Of a stretch of DNA of 64,000 nt, positions 1 through 13,372 are shown one piece after another; the stretch's first letter is position 1, and each line of letters starts with the position of its first letter. The notes under the pieces were generated by a model, which saw nothing but the letters and a program-made list of their open reading frames with translations, made no database searches and was not told where the DNA came from. The translations under genes and the position numbers were made by a program. The DNA lies in the NCBI GenBank assembly GCA_051294905.1, contig CM119372.1, positions 36,086,001-36,150,000 on the forward strand, in the 5' to 3' direction. This DNA is from Botryllus schlosseri. Taxonomy: Eukaryota.

Positions 1-1333
1 ATGCCTATAGGTAGCTCAAAAAGGATCCTAAAGTGTGACATTCTCCAACATGGCAAAGTCTTGAGTGCAGTAACAATTGCACGCTCATTTAGTCTTCGTG
101 AATAGTACAGAAACATTGAGAACAATACAGAAACATAGAATTATTGTTGCAATATCACGAGCACGATTGGATCGTATTTTTCAGCTTTGAAATATTGTGT
201 TTTCTTTGTTTTTCAGACAATAAGGATGCACAGCACATGCTACCCTGATACACATGTGCCACTGCCATATGTTGATGTTGGACAGCAGACATTTAAAAAA
301 AAACTAAAGTATCTTAATTATTTCCCTGAAAACCTTGACATAATCAGAGATGGCCAAGGAGAAAATGTCTCCCAACATCAGAATATGATGGGGATAAGAT
401 ACCAGAGTAGATTGGAGCTTACATATGTTAGCTGACTATTGCTCGAGTATCAAACTAGACAACCTACAGAATTATGGGTTATTCGCGTGAATTTGGACCC
501 TGGAACTCGCACTTTATTTGTCCTGTACAAGCAATATCAGTTTAATACAATGAACACAAAATATTAAAAATAGTGTTATTATTTGGATTTTGAGGCAATG
601 TGGGGTAGGGCTGTTCAAAAATAACTTTTTTTCCCGGATTCCAGCCATTCACTGATTAAATTGTCAGGTTAGCCTAAAAAACGCTGCACACCAAATTTGG
701 TTCAATTCTAACAAGTATAGGACTCCGCAGATCCAATTAAAATTTTTAATTTATTATAGAAAATTTAAAAAAAAAAAATTCAAATTTTTCTGCCAACCCC
801 ATGAAATTGTTGAGCTGTCTTCAAAGACGTTGCAAAACAAATTTGAGTCAATTCCGACCAGTAGAAGCGGAGTTATGTGAGTTTTTCATTGAAAAATCGC
901 GGATTATCCACCGATCAAGGATAATCAGAGGATTTTCTTCGAAAAACTCACATAACTCCGCTTCTACTGGTCGGAATTGACTCAAATTTGTTCTGCAACG
1001 TCTTTGAAGACAGCTCAACAATTTCATGGGGTGTGCAGAAAAATTTGAAATTTTTTTCTTTTAATTTTCCATAATAAATTAAAAATTTCAATTGGATCTG
1101 CGGAGTCCTATACTTGTTAGAATTGAACCAAATTTGGTGTGCAGCGTTTTTTAGGCTAACCTGACAATTTAGTCAGTAAATGGCAGGAATCCGCGAAAAA
1201 AAGTTATTTTTGAACAGCCCTAATGTGGGGGTGCCCAACCCAAAAATTTGACGTGATAGAGAAGAACGGAAGTCATTTTTAAATTCAGCGCCCAGAAGTT
1301 AGTCAAAGTTAACAAAAACTGTGTTGACCAGTG
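1..1333 (+). mobile_element. Degenerate Chapaev3-like (CMC superfamily) DNA transposon, 3' part, interrupted by a MITE
   Basis: Broken translations resemble Chapaev3-type transposase: near 10-175 (SSKRxLKxxxLxxG...LLQYHEHDWIV) and YLNYFPENL..DGQGE..HQ..RYQ near 310-410. Ends in TGTTGACCAGTG (1333) followed by TAA, the same terminus as the element at 31402-32789. Family assignment is from recalled motifs. Confidence 0.65.
606..1222. mobile_element. Near-perfect palindromic hAT-type MITE
   Basis: TAGGGCTGTTCAAAAATAAC...GTTATTTTTGAACAGCCCTA; the two arms are reverse complements almost to the centre (~914); perfect 8-bp TSD ATGTGGGG at 598-605 and 1223-1230. Confidence 0.92.
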
Positions 1334-2149
1334 TAATTCGTCACTGAAAATTGTGATTTGACCTTGGGCGCGACGACCTCTTGTAGACTTACCCGAACTC
1401 TTGGCTGAATGAGTAATACAATAAAAATGACTCGAGTTGAGTCGGGTCGAACGTTAAAATCAGAGCAGGACTTGTGACTCAGAACGCCGTGAGTTGGAAC
1501 TACCACTGACGCAACGAACTACACTGGTCTACAAATTTCAAGACAAAAAAAAGCTAGCGAAAAAAATCCTAATTATTAATATAGGCTAATTTTAGGTTGC
1601 TGAATCCGAGTCTGTGCTCAGAATTTCTCTATCAGGTCAGAATTTTTGGGTATGTATTTTTCTCATTTTCATAAAATAATCAAATTTCGGCTTTCGTTAG
1701 TGACATTACGGTCAACGTACAACAGCATTAGATCAAATTTTGTTATTGAAAACATCTATAATGATGGGACCTGGGTTGTTATTGAACAGAATAAGTCTCT
1801 TTTCGGTAAACTTGAATCCAGTGGTTCTCTTTTTCTTTCAATCAGGACCTCTTTTCGGTTCATGAAATCATATGTGGACGCAACCATTTTCAGTCGGTAG
1901 CAGTTATAACTTTTTGTACCACTCTGGCTACATAAGTTACGCGTGCTGAAGGCGGTCAAAAATGTTTCCATCGTTTACGACGTCATAATGACGCATTTGA
2001 CGTATGCGGGGCGTATTAGAAATACTATTAAACTAGGCGTTACCAGCCGGAGTTAATGGATGCATGGAATTGTTTTTCACCACCAGTCACAAGAAGAACA
2101 ACATAATAATAATAATGAAATAACAGCAAACAACAAACGTCGATTGTAT

Positions 2150-2831
2150 TAATGCGATGGCTGCATTTGCTTGTTTTCCACTAGCTCGGCGGTTCTCAAA
2201 CTTTTTTTTAGACCCGCCCTCGTGTATGACAGTAAAAATTTCGCGCCCCCCTCTTATCGTCATAACACAAAATGCAACAAGAATGCTAGCAATCCCAACG
2301 AATAATTTGATGACATGGAAGGTCACGACGGCTGATAAGAGAGAATAATTAAATATGCAATTTGGACTACACACAGAGCAAAAACAACGAATTGGAGGCG
2401 TAAATTTTTTTCAGTTGGCCGCAGCTTCGCGCCGGCCCCCTTCAGATGCTTTCACGCCCCTAGTTTGAGAACCACTGCACTAGCTGGTCGTTGCGTGGCA
2501 TACGTTTGCTCACAGCGCATCGAAAGTCATGCACGGGCGCAACAAGTCGGTTTCGTTTCTTCGACTTGATAGTCATTAGAGATGAAAATCCTTGCTCGCA
2601 CTCCCACATAGAAGGGAAAATTAGCATTTGCGGAATAGCGTGAGAAGCCAGAGTCGAGTACGAGGTGGCCACGCTAAGCCTGAAGTTCATTGTCGAACAA
2701 TCTCTGTGTTCAACACCACCTTAACTAATGATTTCCTTCGGTCGAAGAAAAAAACGGAATCTACTCATGTACCACCTGGAAGACCTTCGCGTACCACTAG
2801 AGGTACGCGTACCACAGGTTGGGAACCACTG
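2150..2831 (-). mobile_element. hAT (Charlie/Buster-type) transposase C-terminal remnant with element end
   Basis: Minus-strand FPSMWECEQGFSSLMTIKSKKRNRL...DFRCAVSK..PRNDQLV continues as ENKQMQPSH* once the inserted MITE is removed; TIR-like GGTTGGGAACCACTG ends at 2831. Confidence 0.8.
2187..2477. mobile_element. hAT MITE nested in the Charlie transposase remnant
   Basis: TIRs CGGCGGTTCTCAAACT / AGTTTGAGAACCACTG; perfect 8-bp TSD CACTAGCT (2179-2186, 2478-2485); second copy at 30155-30472. Confidence 0.88.
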
Positions 2832-3721
2832 ATATAGCTGCTTCGTCAATCTCAGTCAGAAAAAAACAGTCATCGCAAGTTGGTATTATGTTGAAAATTC
2901 CCCTGGCGGTTTTTGAACTGCATTTTTCTGGACGTCTCCTTACTTTCAAGTTGATCTACTCTGTCACACGGCGTTAGTGAAGTTCGTTAGTATTTTAATG
3001 TATGCATTTCTTCACAGGCTTGTGGCGGCCTAAATGACAACTGGAAAACTGCTGAAACCATTTACGAGTTCACTGCCGAAGACATAGATGGCAATTCCGT
3101 TTCTCTGGATAAGTACAGGTGATTGTTCGAATGATGTTTTGCATTTCCGCACCTTTCAGTTAGGAGTCCACTCCTTGCTGGTGTGAGATCGATCTCGTTA
3201 AGATTTGCTATAAATACAGTGAGGCTCCGATATATACTATACAGTAAATGGTGTTTTCCTTGGTAACAAAGTCCTGATTTTACCAGTCGTAACTTCAAAT
3301 TTTTCAGGACAGAAGGGTTCTTGACCAATTTATTTCAAGTAAAAGGTACTGCAGTCCATACCTATTATCCCATTATGTCTTGTTCGATCGAGACAATGAA
3401 GATGGCCTAGAATCGCATCATTTTACAAATACGTGTTTTCGAACAAATTTTGATCATTTTGTCAGCTCGAATAGGCTCTCGTATGCACCCTTATTTCATT
3501 ACAGGTAATTATCCTCCATCAGAGGTACTCAACTGGCGGACCGCGGTACAAATGTGAAACTTTCAAGTGTTGATCAGGATATTCATCTTTCCCAGTATTC
3601 ACTCGAGATTATTACCTACACAAAATCAATTAGTGTATCGGGCTCTCGCAGAGACGCCGACCTCTTATTTGCGAGGTTCAACGCGATTCGAATGCGACAT
3701 GTTTTACAATTGGGTCCAGAC

Positions 3722-5177
3722 TCGGGATGGTGTGAACCTCTGAAAGGTTTAGGTTCGTGTGAACGCGAACCTTTCTGAAAGGTTCTGTGTGAACCAGAGA
3801 TGAGCGGATTTGGAATTTCTATGTCCTAATCCAATCCAAATCCGAACCTTCAAACTCAAATCCAAATCCTAATCCATAACTTTTTCATATTCAAGTCCAT
3901 GTCCAACCCTAATCCGATTCCAACTATGGAAATTCAGAAAAAATGCTAATAAATGCAACGGAGGGATTATAAATTTTTCTTTCACAACCAACGATACCCT
4001 TGATTCAAGATAACTTAGTAACCATAAGTACATTATTAACTGAATAATCTGAATAAAGTTTGTCGCCATTCGCCACACGACATATCAATCTCCAAGAAAA
4101 TCGGTGAATCCAATCCAAATCCTAATCCGTTCAGAAAAAAATATCTAATCCTAATCCAATCCAAATCCGACAAAATTTCACAAATCCTGTTTTTTCAAAT
4201 CCCAATCCTAATCCATGCTCATCTCTGGTGTGAACGCGAACGTGAACCTCGTGACGTCACGTGACGTCATATTGCTAATTCCAACCCTACATTTCGGTGA
4301 AATGATAGCCTATATTATTGTAGGGACGGCTCAGGCCGCATTATACCACAATACTGAGGTACATATTGACGATTTAAACTTCGCCAAATGTATCAACTGG
4401 GGCAATGAAATGATATAATAATCCCATAAAATCAATATCTTTCGTCGATTTGCCAACAATTTCGACGAGGACTTGCAAGGGAATATAAGCTTACGCCTTA
4501 AAGGTCTAGACCAGACCGGACAAATGTATTCGGCGTCTGAGTATTTCTACGTTGATATTGAGCAGAGTTTAAAACAGGGTAGTGTACTTGCTACCGATGA
4601 TACCCCATTAATAAGTTATACACAGCAGTAGTCAACACCCCAATCGCACAGATTTAGCTTTTATGATACAATAAGCATATGAAGTCAAGATTAAGCCCAT
4701 ACGCCTGCTAGATTTTTTACATCAGACAACGATATCAAATTCATTGATAGGTTGAATAAGCATCATTCGATGACTACAGTGTTTTTCGCTCTTGATGTTG
4801 TGTGATTGCCGGTCAGGTTCACAGAGAGTCACTAAATATTCACAGATGGAAAACTGGATATTTCAAGAAAACTTTTGTAACAAAGCAAGTAAAAGTTTGA
4901 GATTGTCAAGGTGCATGCTTGCTTAGTGTTGAATTTTATGCTGCCAGCGCCATGCATAGAGTTGGAATGCAGTTGGAATGCAGTTGGAATGCAGTTGAAA
5001 TGCAGTTGAAATGCAATAAATTTCAACCTAAGATGTTATAATGAAGTGAAAATATTATTATGTGAAAAAGGTTCACAGTGCAGAACCTACCAGGGTTCGT
5101 TTGTAAAGGTGAACCTCTGAATTTCTGAGGTTCACACACAGAACGAGAAAGTGAACCTCGCGTTCACACCATCTCTA
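3722..5177. mobile_element. Non-autonomous hAT-type element with GTGAAC subterminal repeats (in GPx intron)
   Basis: T(C)GGGATGGTGTGAAC...GTTCACACCATCTCTA; TSD GTCCAGAC/ATCCAGAC; colinear with the copy at 9413-10371. Confidence 0.85.
3795..4227. mobile_element. hAT MITE with AATCC repeats nested in the previous element
   Basis: TIRs CAGAGATGAGC / GCTCATCTCTG; perfect TSD GTGTGAAC (3787-3794, 4228-4235); absent from the 9413-10371 copy (empty site). Confidence 0.9.
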
Positions 5178-7296
5178 ATCCAGACCTGTCTGTCTAACGT
5201 TTTATTCAGTTTTCTAGTTGAACTAAATCCGTTATCGTTTATCCCCATTATCGTTGATCAAACTCTCGCAGATATGCCAACATTTCGTTCAGTAACCAGA
5301 CTCTGGAATTGAGGCACGCCCATAACATATGACAGATCCGCAAAGGATACAGAATTTCGGATCAATAGTTTTAAGTTGAACCAAGATGGCGGAAGAGCGC
5401 TACCAGATAACATTGCATTACTAGAACATATTTCACAAGAGTTGTATTACGCACCCAATCAAATTTCCAACTTCTGCATCCTGACCTTTGCTAAACGTAA
5501 TTGATAATCTCGGTCGTATATGACTTATGTCTACTATTCCCCGTGGTATAGAGATATACCAGCAATGCTTTGATCACATGTATGATCTCGACATAGACTT
5601 TTTCTTTTCAAATTCCATTTCTTGAAGTACAGGGCACAGGTCTGTATGGTAGTGAAAGTCGCGTCCCAATGACTCATGACGAAATGCAACTATCAACAGA
5701 TGGAACAACTTTTTGAAAAGTACTCATCGAAAGGACTCAGCATTTTAGCTTTGCCGTGTAACCAGTTCGGTGGTCAGGTGGGCGTTAAGCTGCAGTTACG
5801 GCTTGTTTACCAGTTTTAGAATACCACTTTTGCTCTCTGTAACTCCACACTTGCAGTTGACGAGGTCTATCTTCTTATTACAATTGTACGAGGTTTTCGC
5901 ACGGTCAGATTATTCGAAGTTATGTAAAAAGACGCGTGCATTGAAATTCTCAAAATAAATCTTCTAATAGTCGGTAGTTTATTTTACTTGCGGTATCGGT
6001 ATCCTTCAATCATTAACGGTCATAGGGTGGTTTGTCCGTGGTACTACGACATTGATGATAATAGGGTTTTATAAACCGAAATAATTCCATATCATTTGCC
6101 AGAGTATGAAACTATGAGTAAGCAAGTATTTAATAGGTGGCTTACTGGCCCGGGCGGACAGACCATGCGGACTATTCACGCGTTCTACACTGTGCAAGTA
6201 ATGCAGGTAGTTATAGTTTGGCAACGAAAGATATAATCAATTTATTTCGTCACACCGATTGTGTGATGGCTGTTTTTGACCCGAGAATCTAACGTTACCC
6301 GGAGGACCGAGGCGTGTCGTGTAATGGAATCTCGTCATTTGTCATGAGAGTAGATATGAATGCCACCCGATTGCTTTGCAAGCAGTAGGAAGTCATTAGA
6401 ATATCGTGTGTTCAACAGGAACCAGAAACTAATGAAATTATAAAAGAATTCGCGCAGATAACCTACAACGCCAAGTACGCCGTTCTCTCCAAAATTGAAG
6501 TCAACGGCGACTATGCTCTTCCGTTGTTCAATGAATGAAGAGTCAGAAAAACGGTAAAGGGACTCTAACGAAGTAAGTTGCAATTCTGCTGTTACGTGCT
6601 TTCGCGTAGTCACAGAATCGACGTAGCTGCACAACTCCGTGAACGTGTTTTGCAAGATACGTCAAGGACTCGGCGTTGAGATGCTGGCAATTGTGGGCCC
6701 GTTCAAAACCTTGGGATTATCCATCAATCTCATAGTTTTGAATAATTGCAGCGTGCGCGTGGCGCTTGGGCTAGGCTGTAACCAGTACTATGCCGTTCTG
6801 ATTCCGGAATTCTTCATTTGTGAAAATACCCTATTCCGTGCAAGATCGTACTGAACAAGGGCAACGAGCAGAACGTTTCGAATCTCCATTATTTTGACGT
6901 ATTTATCGGCTTCATTCGATTGCAAAAAATGCTGACATGCTCATTAAAGCGTGATTTGCGAACGGGTCCTGGTTGTTGTAGCGTAAAATAACTGAAGTGA
7001 TTGGGCTATTCAACGAGTAGTCGACTCCCTGGTTATTCTATGCCAGCTAGCGCAGTAGGAGCAGCTCAAGACCAAGTTTGACTGCAGTTATGTAAGCAAT
7101 TTCTGTACTACTTTCGCCAAATACTTCTTCTACCTCGACCTTCCACGCTTCTAGTTACGTATAGGTATCATGTTATCGGTATGTTTCGCGTTTCAGTTCT
7201 AAGTGGAACTTCTCTAAATTTTTGATCAATCGTAAAGGAGAAGTTGCGTCCCGATATGCGCCTACCGTCGGTCCTATGGTGAGTGCTTTTCTACAA

Positions 7297-8247
7297 CCCT
7301 TACGAGGTGGGTGTATCAGATATGATATGGCATGTCTCCGACACCGATTTCTCCATGTTGACACGCCGTAGACATCGGGTACTACGTTTTTTGAAAAGCT
7401 GATATTTTTCTGATGCATTTGGTACCTTACTCAAAAATTTTGGTTCGCAAAAATGAAACAAAATAATAAAAAATATGAAAAAATGTTTATCACCTGAAAT
7501 TTCCAGATATTTTCCGAGTGGGAAATATTGTTGGAAAATCTGCCAGAACATCAGAAGTCGACATGTACGGTATTCTCTGTAAGTTTACACCGTTTCAAAC
7601 ATCAAAACGTGTCCTAGAGAGTTTTCTGAGGGGGATTTGTTAATTTTAGTCACGCTTCAGTGATTTTCAAGATCTAGGTCAAGTTTAAGTGCAAATTCAG
7701 GCAGCATATGAGTCATAAACTGGTTTACTATGCCTGCAAATTGTTAGATATGACAAAAGGAAGCATGTTGCGTTGTTTTATGCCATAAACAGTACGGCAG
7801 GGGTCCGATTGAGTCTTGATTATGAACTTGACCTTGATGACCACTCACTAACCACGCCCATTTGTAAATTTTATATGTATTTTTCATTTTTCGATATCTG
7901 GCGATCCGCGCGGTTTACAACCATGGTTGACGGCTTGTTTGAAACCAGTAGCTACGCAGACAGTAGCTACGCACTGAAGCATCATTTTTCACTCTCTGAC
8001 GCCATCCCGAAGGTCGGCCTTGAAAATTGAGAAAGAGAGTGATTTTATTAGAGAAAAGTTTGTTTATTTAAACTTATGAAAAACCCTAGACATGTCATGG
8101 GGTGTCGATCAAGGGTGGAATCGGTAGAGAGCTATACTACGCCCACTTTTAAACCGGAACGGTTCAGATTCAAGTCTTGGTGGGGTCACGGTGAGAATTT
8201 GAAAAGTGAAGGTCAATTCTGCAAAATATGGCCCCACCTCGTAAGGG
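7297..8247. mobile_element. piggyBac-like non-autonomous element (GPx intron)
   Basis: Perfect 15-bp TIRs CCCTTACGAGGTGGG / CCCACCTCGTAAGGG; TTAA on the right flank, degenerate ACAA on the left. Confidence 0.72.
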
Positions 8248-9052
8248 TTAACATAAATTAGCATTATTCGCATTATTCGCTATTTCGAACTATTTGGTTT
8301 TACAACCGTAAAACCGACAAACTGTCCACCATGTAAAAATAATTGGTTAGTGCAAATGTATCGGACGCGCGTCACCGTGATAAAGAAGGCCTGCACCACA
8401 TAACGTGACATTGTAGGAATCGGTTCAATTGCATTGTCAAGTATTGCATGTTGGAAGCTTATGGTAACCATGCTATTCTACAGGAAACTCCGGCAATATC
8501 AATTTGCCTAAGATATCGCTTGTCTTGAATAGTCTTTCGTCCATGTGATGGCGTACAATTCATCCATTGTCAACATTTCCGCAATAACCCGAAGAATCTT
8601 AGCTGTCCTGTACGTCGCGATGCAGCAGATTAGCGACATCAAACTGAGAAAACGCAGTTCTTTCAAACGAAACCGAACAATGTAAATGAAATATAGTAGT
8701 TTCCTCACCTTGGCAAAACTTCAATAGGCGCACCACGGACGAATAATAGCATGGAAGCAGCAGTATATTTATTGCCAAATTGGGATTTTGCTATATTCGA
8801 TTTGGAGATGATTCCATTCGTCGTCATTGCATTCAAAGTTAAATTTGTTTGAAGGTTCACCAGTCAGCAAAATTTTATGAATTATTGTTTCGCAAGATAA
8901 AAGGCACCACTTTCAACTAAATTAGCTCGTGCCCGATTAATTGTTCCACGCGTCTGTCTGGTTTTTAGAGCAGATATATCACTAGTACAGTTTTCTCTGA
9001 CCAAATTATGGAACCTGTGACCACACTAAACGTGTCCGGGCATCAAACGTAC

Positions 9053-9120
9053 CTCACGAATTTATGATAGTCTGCTTTTAAAGCTTCATGTTGGAGCAGG
9101 CTGGACGCGATGTTTCTGAG
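9053..9120 (+). promoter_or_regulatory. SECIS element in the 3' UTR of the GPx4-like gene
   Basis: ATGAT (9064-9068), 10-bp helix AGTCTGCTTT/GGAGCAGGCT, apical AAA (9080-9082), closing GGAC (9103-9106), lower helix CTCA.GAA/TTT.TGAG; AATAAA at 9271-9276 downstream. Confidence 0.82.
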
Positions 9121-9412
9121 GCATCTCCAGCAGATTGGTTTCCGAGTACGTTACCGTCTGACGGGGTAGTCTGCGTGCATTTCGCGTGGAGTTCGAATTG
9201 ATGTCTCGTCACGTTTCTTTCGGAGCCAATCTTGTGGCAAATATAGTATTTGCTATATTTTCTTTTCGCCAATAAACTGGATTATCCTGTAAGCTTGTCG
9301 TACTTGGTGGTTAGTGTGGATAGGTACAGTTCTCAGCCGGATGGCTTTCCCCAGTTCCGGCAATTTCATAATTTTTATGGGATATATGGCTCAAGGGTTA
9401 TAAATATAAATC

Positions 9413-10371
9413 TAGGGATGGTGTGAACCTCTGAAAGGTTCAGGTTCGTGTGAACGTGAACCTTTTTGAAAGGTTCTGTGTGAACACGAACGTGAACCTC
9501 ATGACGTCACGTGACGTCATATTGCTAATTTCAACCCCATATTTCAATTAAGTGATTGCCTATATTAATCTACTGTACATGATACCGAGCGACGACTCGG
9601 GGCCACATAATAGCTCAGTACTTGAGTACATATTGACGTTTTAAACGTCGCCAAATGTATCAACTGAGGCAATCAAATGATATAATAATCCCATAAAATC
9701 AGTATCTTGCGTCGCTTTCCCAACAATTTCGACCTGATCGGACAATGTATTCGGCGTCTGGGTATTGCCACATGGATATTGAGAAGAGTGTAAAATGGGT
9801 TTCTATACTTGCTACCGATATTACCCCATTAACAAGTTATACAGCAGTATAGCCAATACCCCAGTCGCACGGATTTGGTTTTTATGATACAGTATACGTA
9901 TGTAGTCAAGATTGACCCCGTACGCCTGCTAGATTTTTACATCAGAAGACGATATCAATCTCATTGATTGGTTGAATAAGGATCATTCGCTGACAAAATA
10001 CAGTGTATTTCGCTCTTAATGTCATGTGATTGCGGGTCAAGCTCACAGCACAGAGACACTAAATATGCACAAACGGAAAGCTGGATATTTCGAGCAAACT
10101 TTTGTAACAATACAAGTAAATTTTTTGAGATTGTCAAGGGCATGCTCGTTTAGTGTTGAATGTTTATGCTGCTAGCTCCATGCATAGAGTGGCCCGCAGT
10201 TGAAAGTCAATAAATTTGAACCAAAGATGTTATAACGAAGTGAAAATTGCAATATATGAAAAAGGTTCACAGTGCAGAACCTACCAAGGTTCTGTTGTGA
10301 ACCCGAACCTCAAATTTTCCGAGGTTCACACACAGAACGCGAACGTGAACCTCGCGTTCACACCATCCCTA
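9413..10371. mobile_element. Second copy of the GTGAAC-repeat hAT-type element
   Basis: TIRs TAGGGATGGTGTGAAC / GTTCACACCATCCCTA; colinear with 3722-5177 minus the nested insert. Confidence 0.88.
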
Positions 10372-13300
10372 ATAAATACATCTTGATTCTACAGTTCTCC
10401 ACATCGTTGTGACGGAAATGTAAAGCAAGATACTAGCTAGTTTATATGTGTAGCCCACTCAGCTGATATTCTTTTAGCTGGAACTTATGCTTTCCTTATC
10501 TTACATGTTGGAAACTCCTTCGTGATTTATTTTGAAACCACATGAGATGTTTTAATAGTAAGACTATAGCGAGACGGGTTCGCAAGAGCCACAATAGCCT
10601 CCCGACCAAATGTTCGTAGTCGCAAATCATGCCGAATTCATCATGAGGCCGCATGTGATCAAGCGCTTACCTTATTTCGAATTGAACAGAAGAGCAATCG
10701 TGATAACTAATTGCTAAATTCATCGCTTCAGCTCAACATTGACCACAAATAAAACCTGATAAATTTTCAGTCAGGAATAAAAAATACGGAATTTAGAGCA
10801 ATGTTGCCACAACGGAACATGCCCACCTATTTTGATTTATTCATGTCCTGAACTAGTAGCCTAAACCTAATAGTGCTGAATATGGAAGTTAAAGTGTTAT
10901 ATGTTCGACTGTCGTTTTTCATTATGTCCGATGCTTCATTAATCTAAAGCGATGGTTCCGGAAGGGGGCGCTCGCGAGTGCGAAGGGGGAGCTGGCCGTG
11001 AAATGGGCGATTGGGGGGGGGGCGCTGGCTATAAAATCGGTCGGTATGGAGGGTTCTGAGATCATATATGCGCGGTGTAGGTTTAAAAGGCAACTGCTGC
11101 GTAATGTTGAAACGATTCAGTCAGGGCAATTGCGGGTCGTACGTCAATTTACTCAACTGTTATGGAAAATTCCTTTGTTACCTGACAAAATGATCCTGCC
11201 GATCAATGGACTAATAACGGTTGGCAGAATTTCTAGAAAGCATGGTTCATTGTCTGCCGTTAGAATTATACGAAGTATTTGAGCATTTATTGCCCAAACG
11301 ATAGTGTTTCAAACGATCGTGCATAGTCTACAGCAGTGATTCCCAAGCGCGGCCCCCAGATAGCGTTCTTGCTGCCCCAAAAATATATTAAGAAATCGAT
11401 TTATGACAAAAAATAAAATTTATATTTATAAAATACTCCAGTTTGGCTTGGCCTCTGTAGTTATTAATTATAGAATTGCAGGAAAGTTGTGAATATAGAC
11501 TGCTAACGTTACGTAACTGCTGTTTCAATGCAATGTGCCCCAACTTTCCAGTTGAACGAGCACTAACTATAGATATAATAGATATAGGTATTGATAACTT
11601 TTAAAACCGGAGGAAAATCATGAAAAATGGTAAATTTTTCCCACTTCGTGGTCGCTTGACTAAAAAAGAAAAAGAGGCTCAACTCCCGGAAAATACAGTT
11701 TTTCTTTCACATTTACAGGTGGTTGACTGAAAAAAAAGGTCAACTTTCCGGCCCAGCTCCCGAAATAGCCGCTGTAGCGTTCCTACAGTGCTGACTTAAT
11801 GTATAATCAGTCGGATTTGGCCGTCTATGTAACCAAAATCCTCACAAAAGAAGACATTTGGGCGTCCTCTGAGGACACTCCAAAAAAATCAAAAAAGAGG
11901 ACAAATCATCTTAAAAGAGGACGTATGGTAACGCTATGATAACTAGATGTGCAACACGTGACTCACGGTTGAATACGCCGATATGCATATTACTTAGCCG
12001 GCTAAAAGCAGCATAATTGGTAGTCCTATAGTCAGGGCCGTAACTGCCGCACCCCAAACCCCTCAATTGAGGGGGGCCGAGCTCGAAGGGGGCCCAAAAT
12101 TATATCGTGAATTAGCATAAATTAAAAAGCATTTTAAGAAAATTTATGCAACTTTTTGAAAAATTTTTCGCGCCGTGCGCGATTTCAATTCGCCACATAT
12201 CTTGATTATTGCGTACTCTTGCACAAGAAAAAATACGCAAGAAACCACAAAGCACCAAGACATATAAAGTTTTAGGCCATGTAACATGTGACTCCAAGAA
12301 GTGTGTCAGAACGATTGGCAGCGAGAAAGCCTTGGCCGTAAAGGACTGATTTTATGCTGATTAAAAACTTCGAAGTACCAAAAACTTCGCTATATATACA
12401 AAATACAGATAGATTTAATTGTCCATGTAGACGCATAGATGATTGGCGCCGAATGTTCTTGTCTTGCCAATCTGAACCTCACAAGACAAATACCATCCCG
12501 CAGGAAAGAAAATTATATGCCAGTGAAGAAATACCAATCTGAAATCGTGTGATCTTTCAGTTTAGTAGGTTTAGCCAATTCTACATTTTTTGATATAGCA
12601 GACAGGAGGTCACGAAATAACATCATGTAAAAGAGTCATACCTAGAGGTCCGCCGCCCGAAGATGTTTACTTTTACGGGGTCTGCAGTTTCAAAGACACC
12701 TCTCACTTAGCTCTACCGATAAATCTGATTACCTGGGCAAAGAGGACATAACCATGCAATTCCCGATCTTATTCAGCGATTTTATCATGAATTATCGAAA
12801 TATTCGCGCGTCGCGCTGTCTCACTAAACAGTACAGCTTCAATTTCGTGGCAAAAGCGAACAACGTGATGCGGGTTCAGTTTATCACCCTATGGTAGCCC
12901 GGGGTCCTGACGAAGTGCTGTTACGTTCCTGTCAACAGGTATACCCCCGGGTATGTTTAATTATTATTGAGGGGGCCTATACCTTTTCAAACACACCTCA
13001 CTCAACTCTAACCGGTAAATCGGATTACGTGAACATAGACAGGATGAAAATTGATAGCAATACATGCAATTGCCGATCATATTGACCAATTCAGTCATGA
13101 AACTAAAGAAATTTCTCGCGCTTCGCGCGTTTAGGAACTGATGATTACATTGTAGTCCAGAACAATTTTCAGTTCAACCCAAAGTTCAATATCTCCAATC
13201 AATTGTTTTGGATACACAATAAATCAATTACAAATACAAATACTCTCACACTCATGATTAGAGCGATTTTTTGACATGTCAAAATACTCAAAATTTTGTC

Positions 13301-13372
13301 AAAATTGAAGCGTTGGGTCAAAAAATTCTCAAAGTTGTTTACAAAGTTTCTGACCCCTGCATTTCTTTTGTA

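Larger units (their letters stand above)
3018..7278 (+). pseudogene. GPX4: GPx4/PHGPx-like glutathione peroxidase (selenoprotein), spliced, probably pseudogenised. Exons 3018-3118, 5633-5777, 6419-6572, 7197-7278; first and last coding exons not resolved
   Basis: GT-AG flanked exons translate to ACGGLNDNWKTAETIYEFTAEDIDGNSVSLDKYR / AQVCMVVKVASQ-U(TGA 5670-5672)-LMTKCNYQQMEQLFEKYSSKGLSILALPCNQFGGQ / EPETNEIIKEFAQITYNAKYAVLSKIEVNGDYALPLF[1-nt loss, TGA]MKSQKNGKGTLTN / SKWNFSKFLINRKGEVASRYAPTVGPM. The catalytic tetrad U, Q, W, N is present; frameshift near 6530. Confidence 0.88.

Noticed and set aside
10670..10757. Minus-strand exon-like piece reading VLFVVNVELKR-TGA, reminiscent of a second GPx Sec exon
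   Set aside because: Spacing to the TGA is wrong, a TAG follows, and there is no PCNQF motif.
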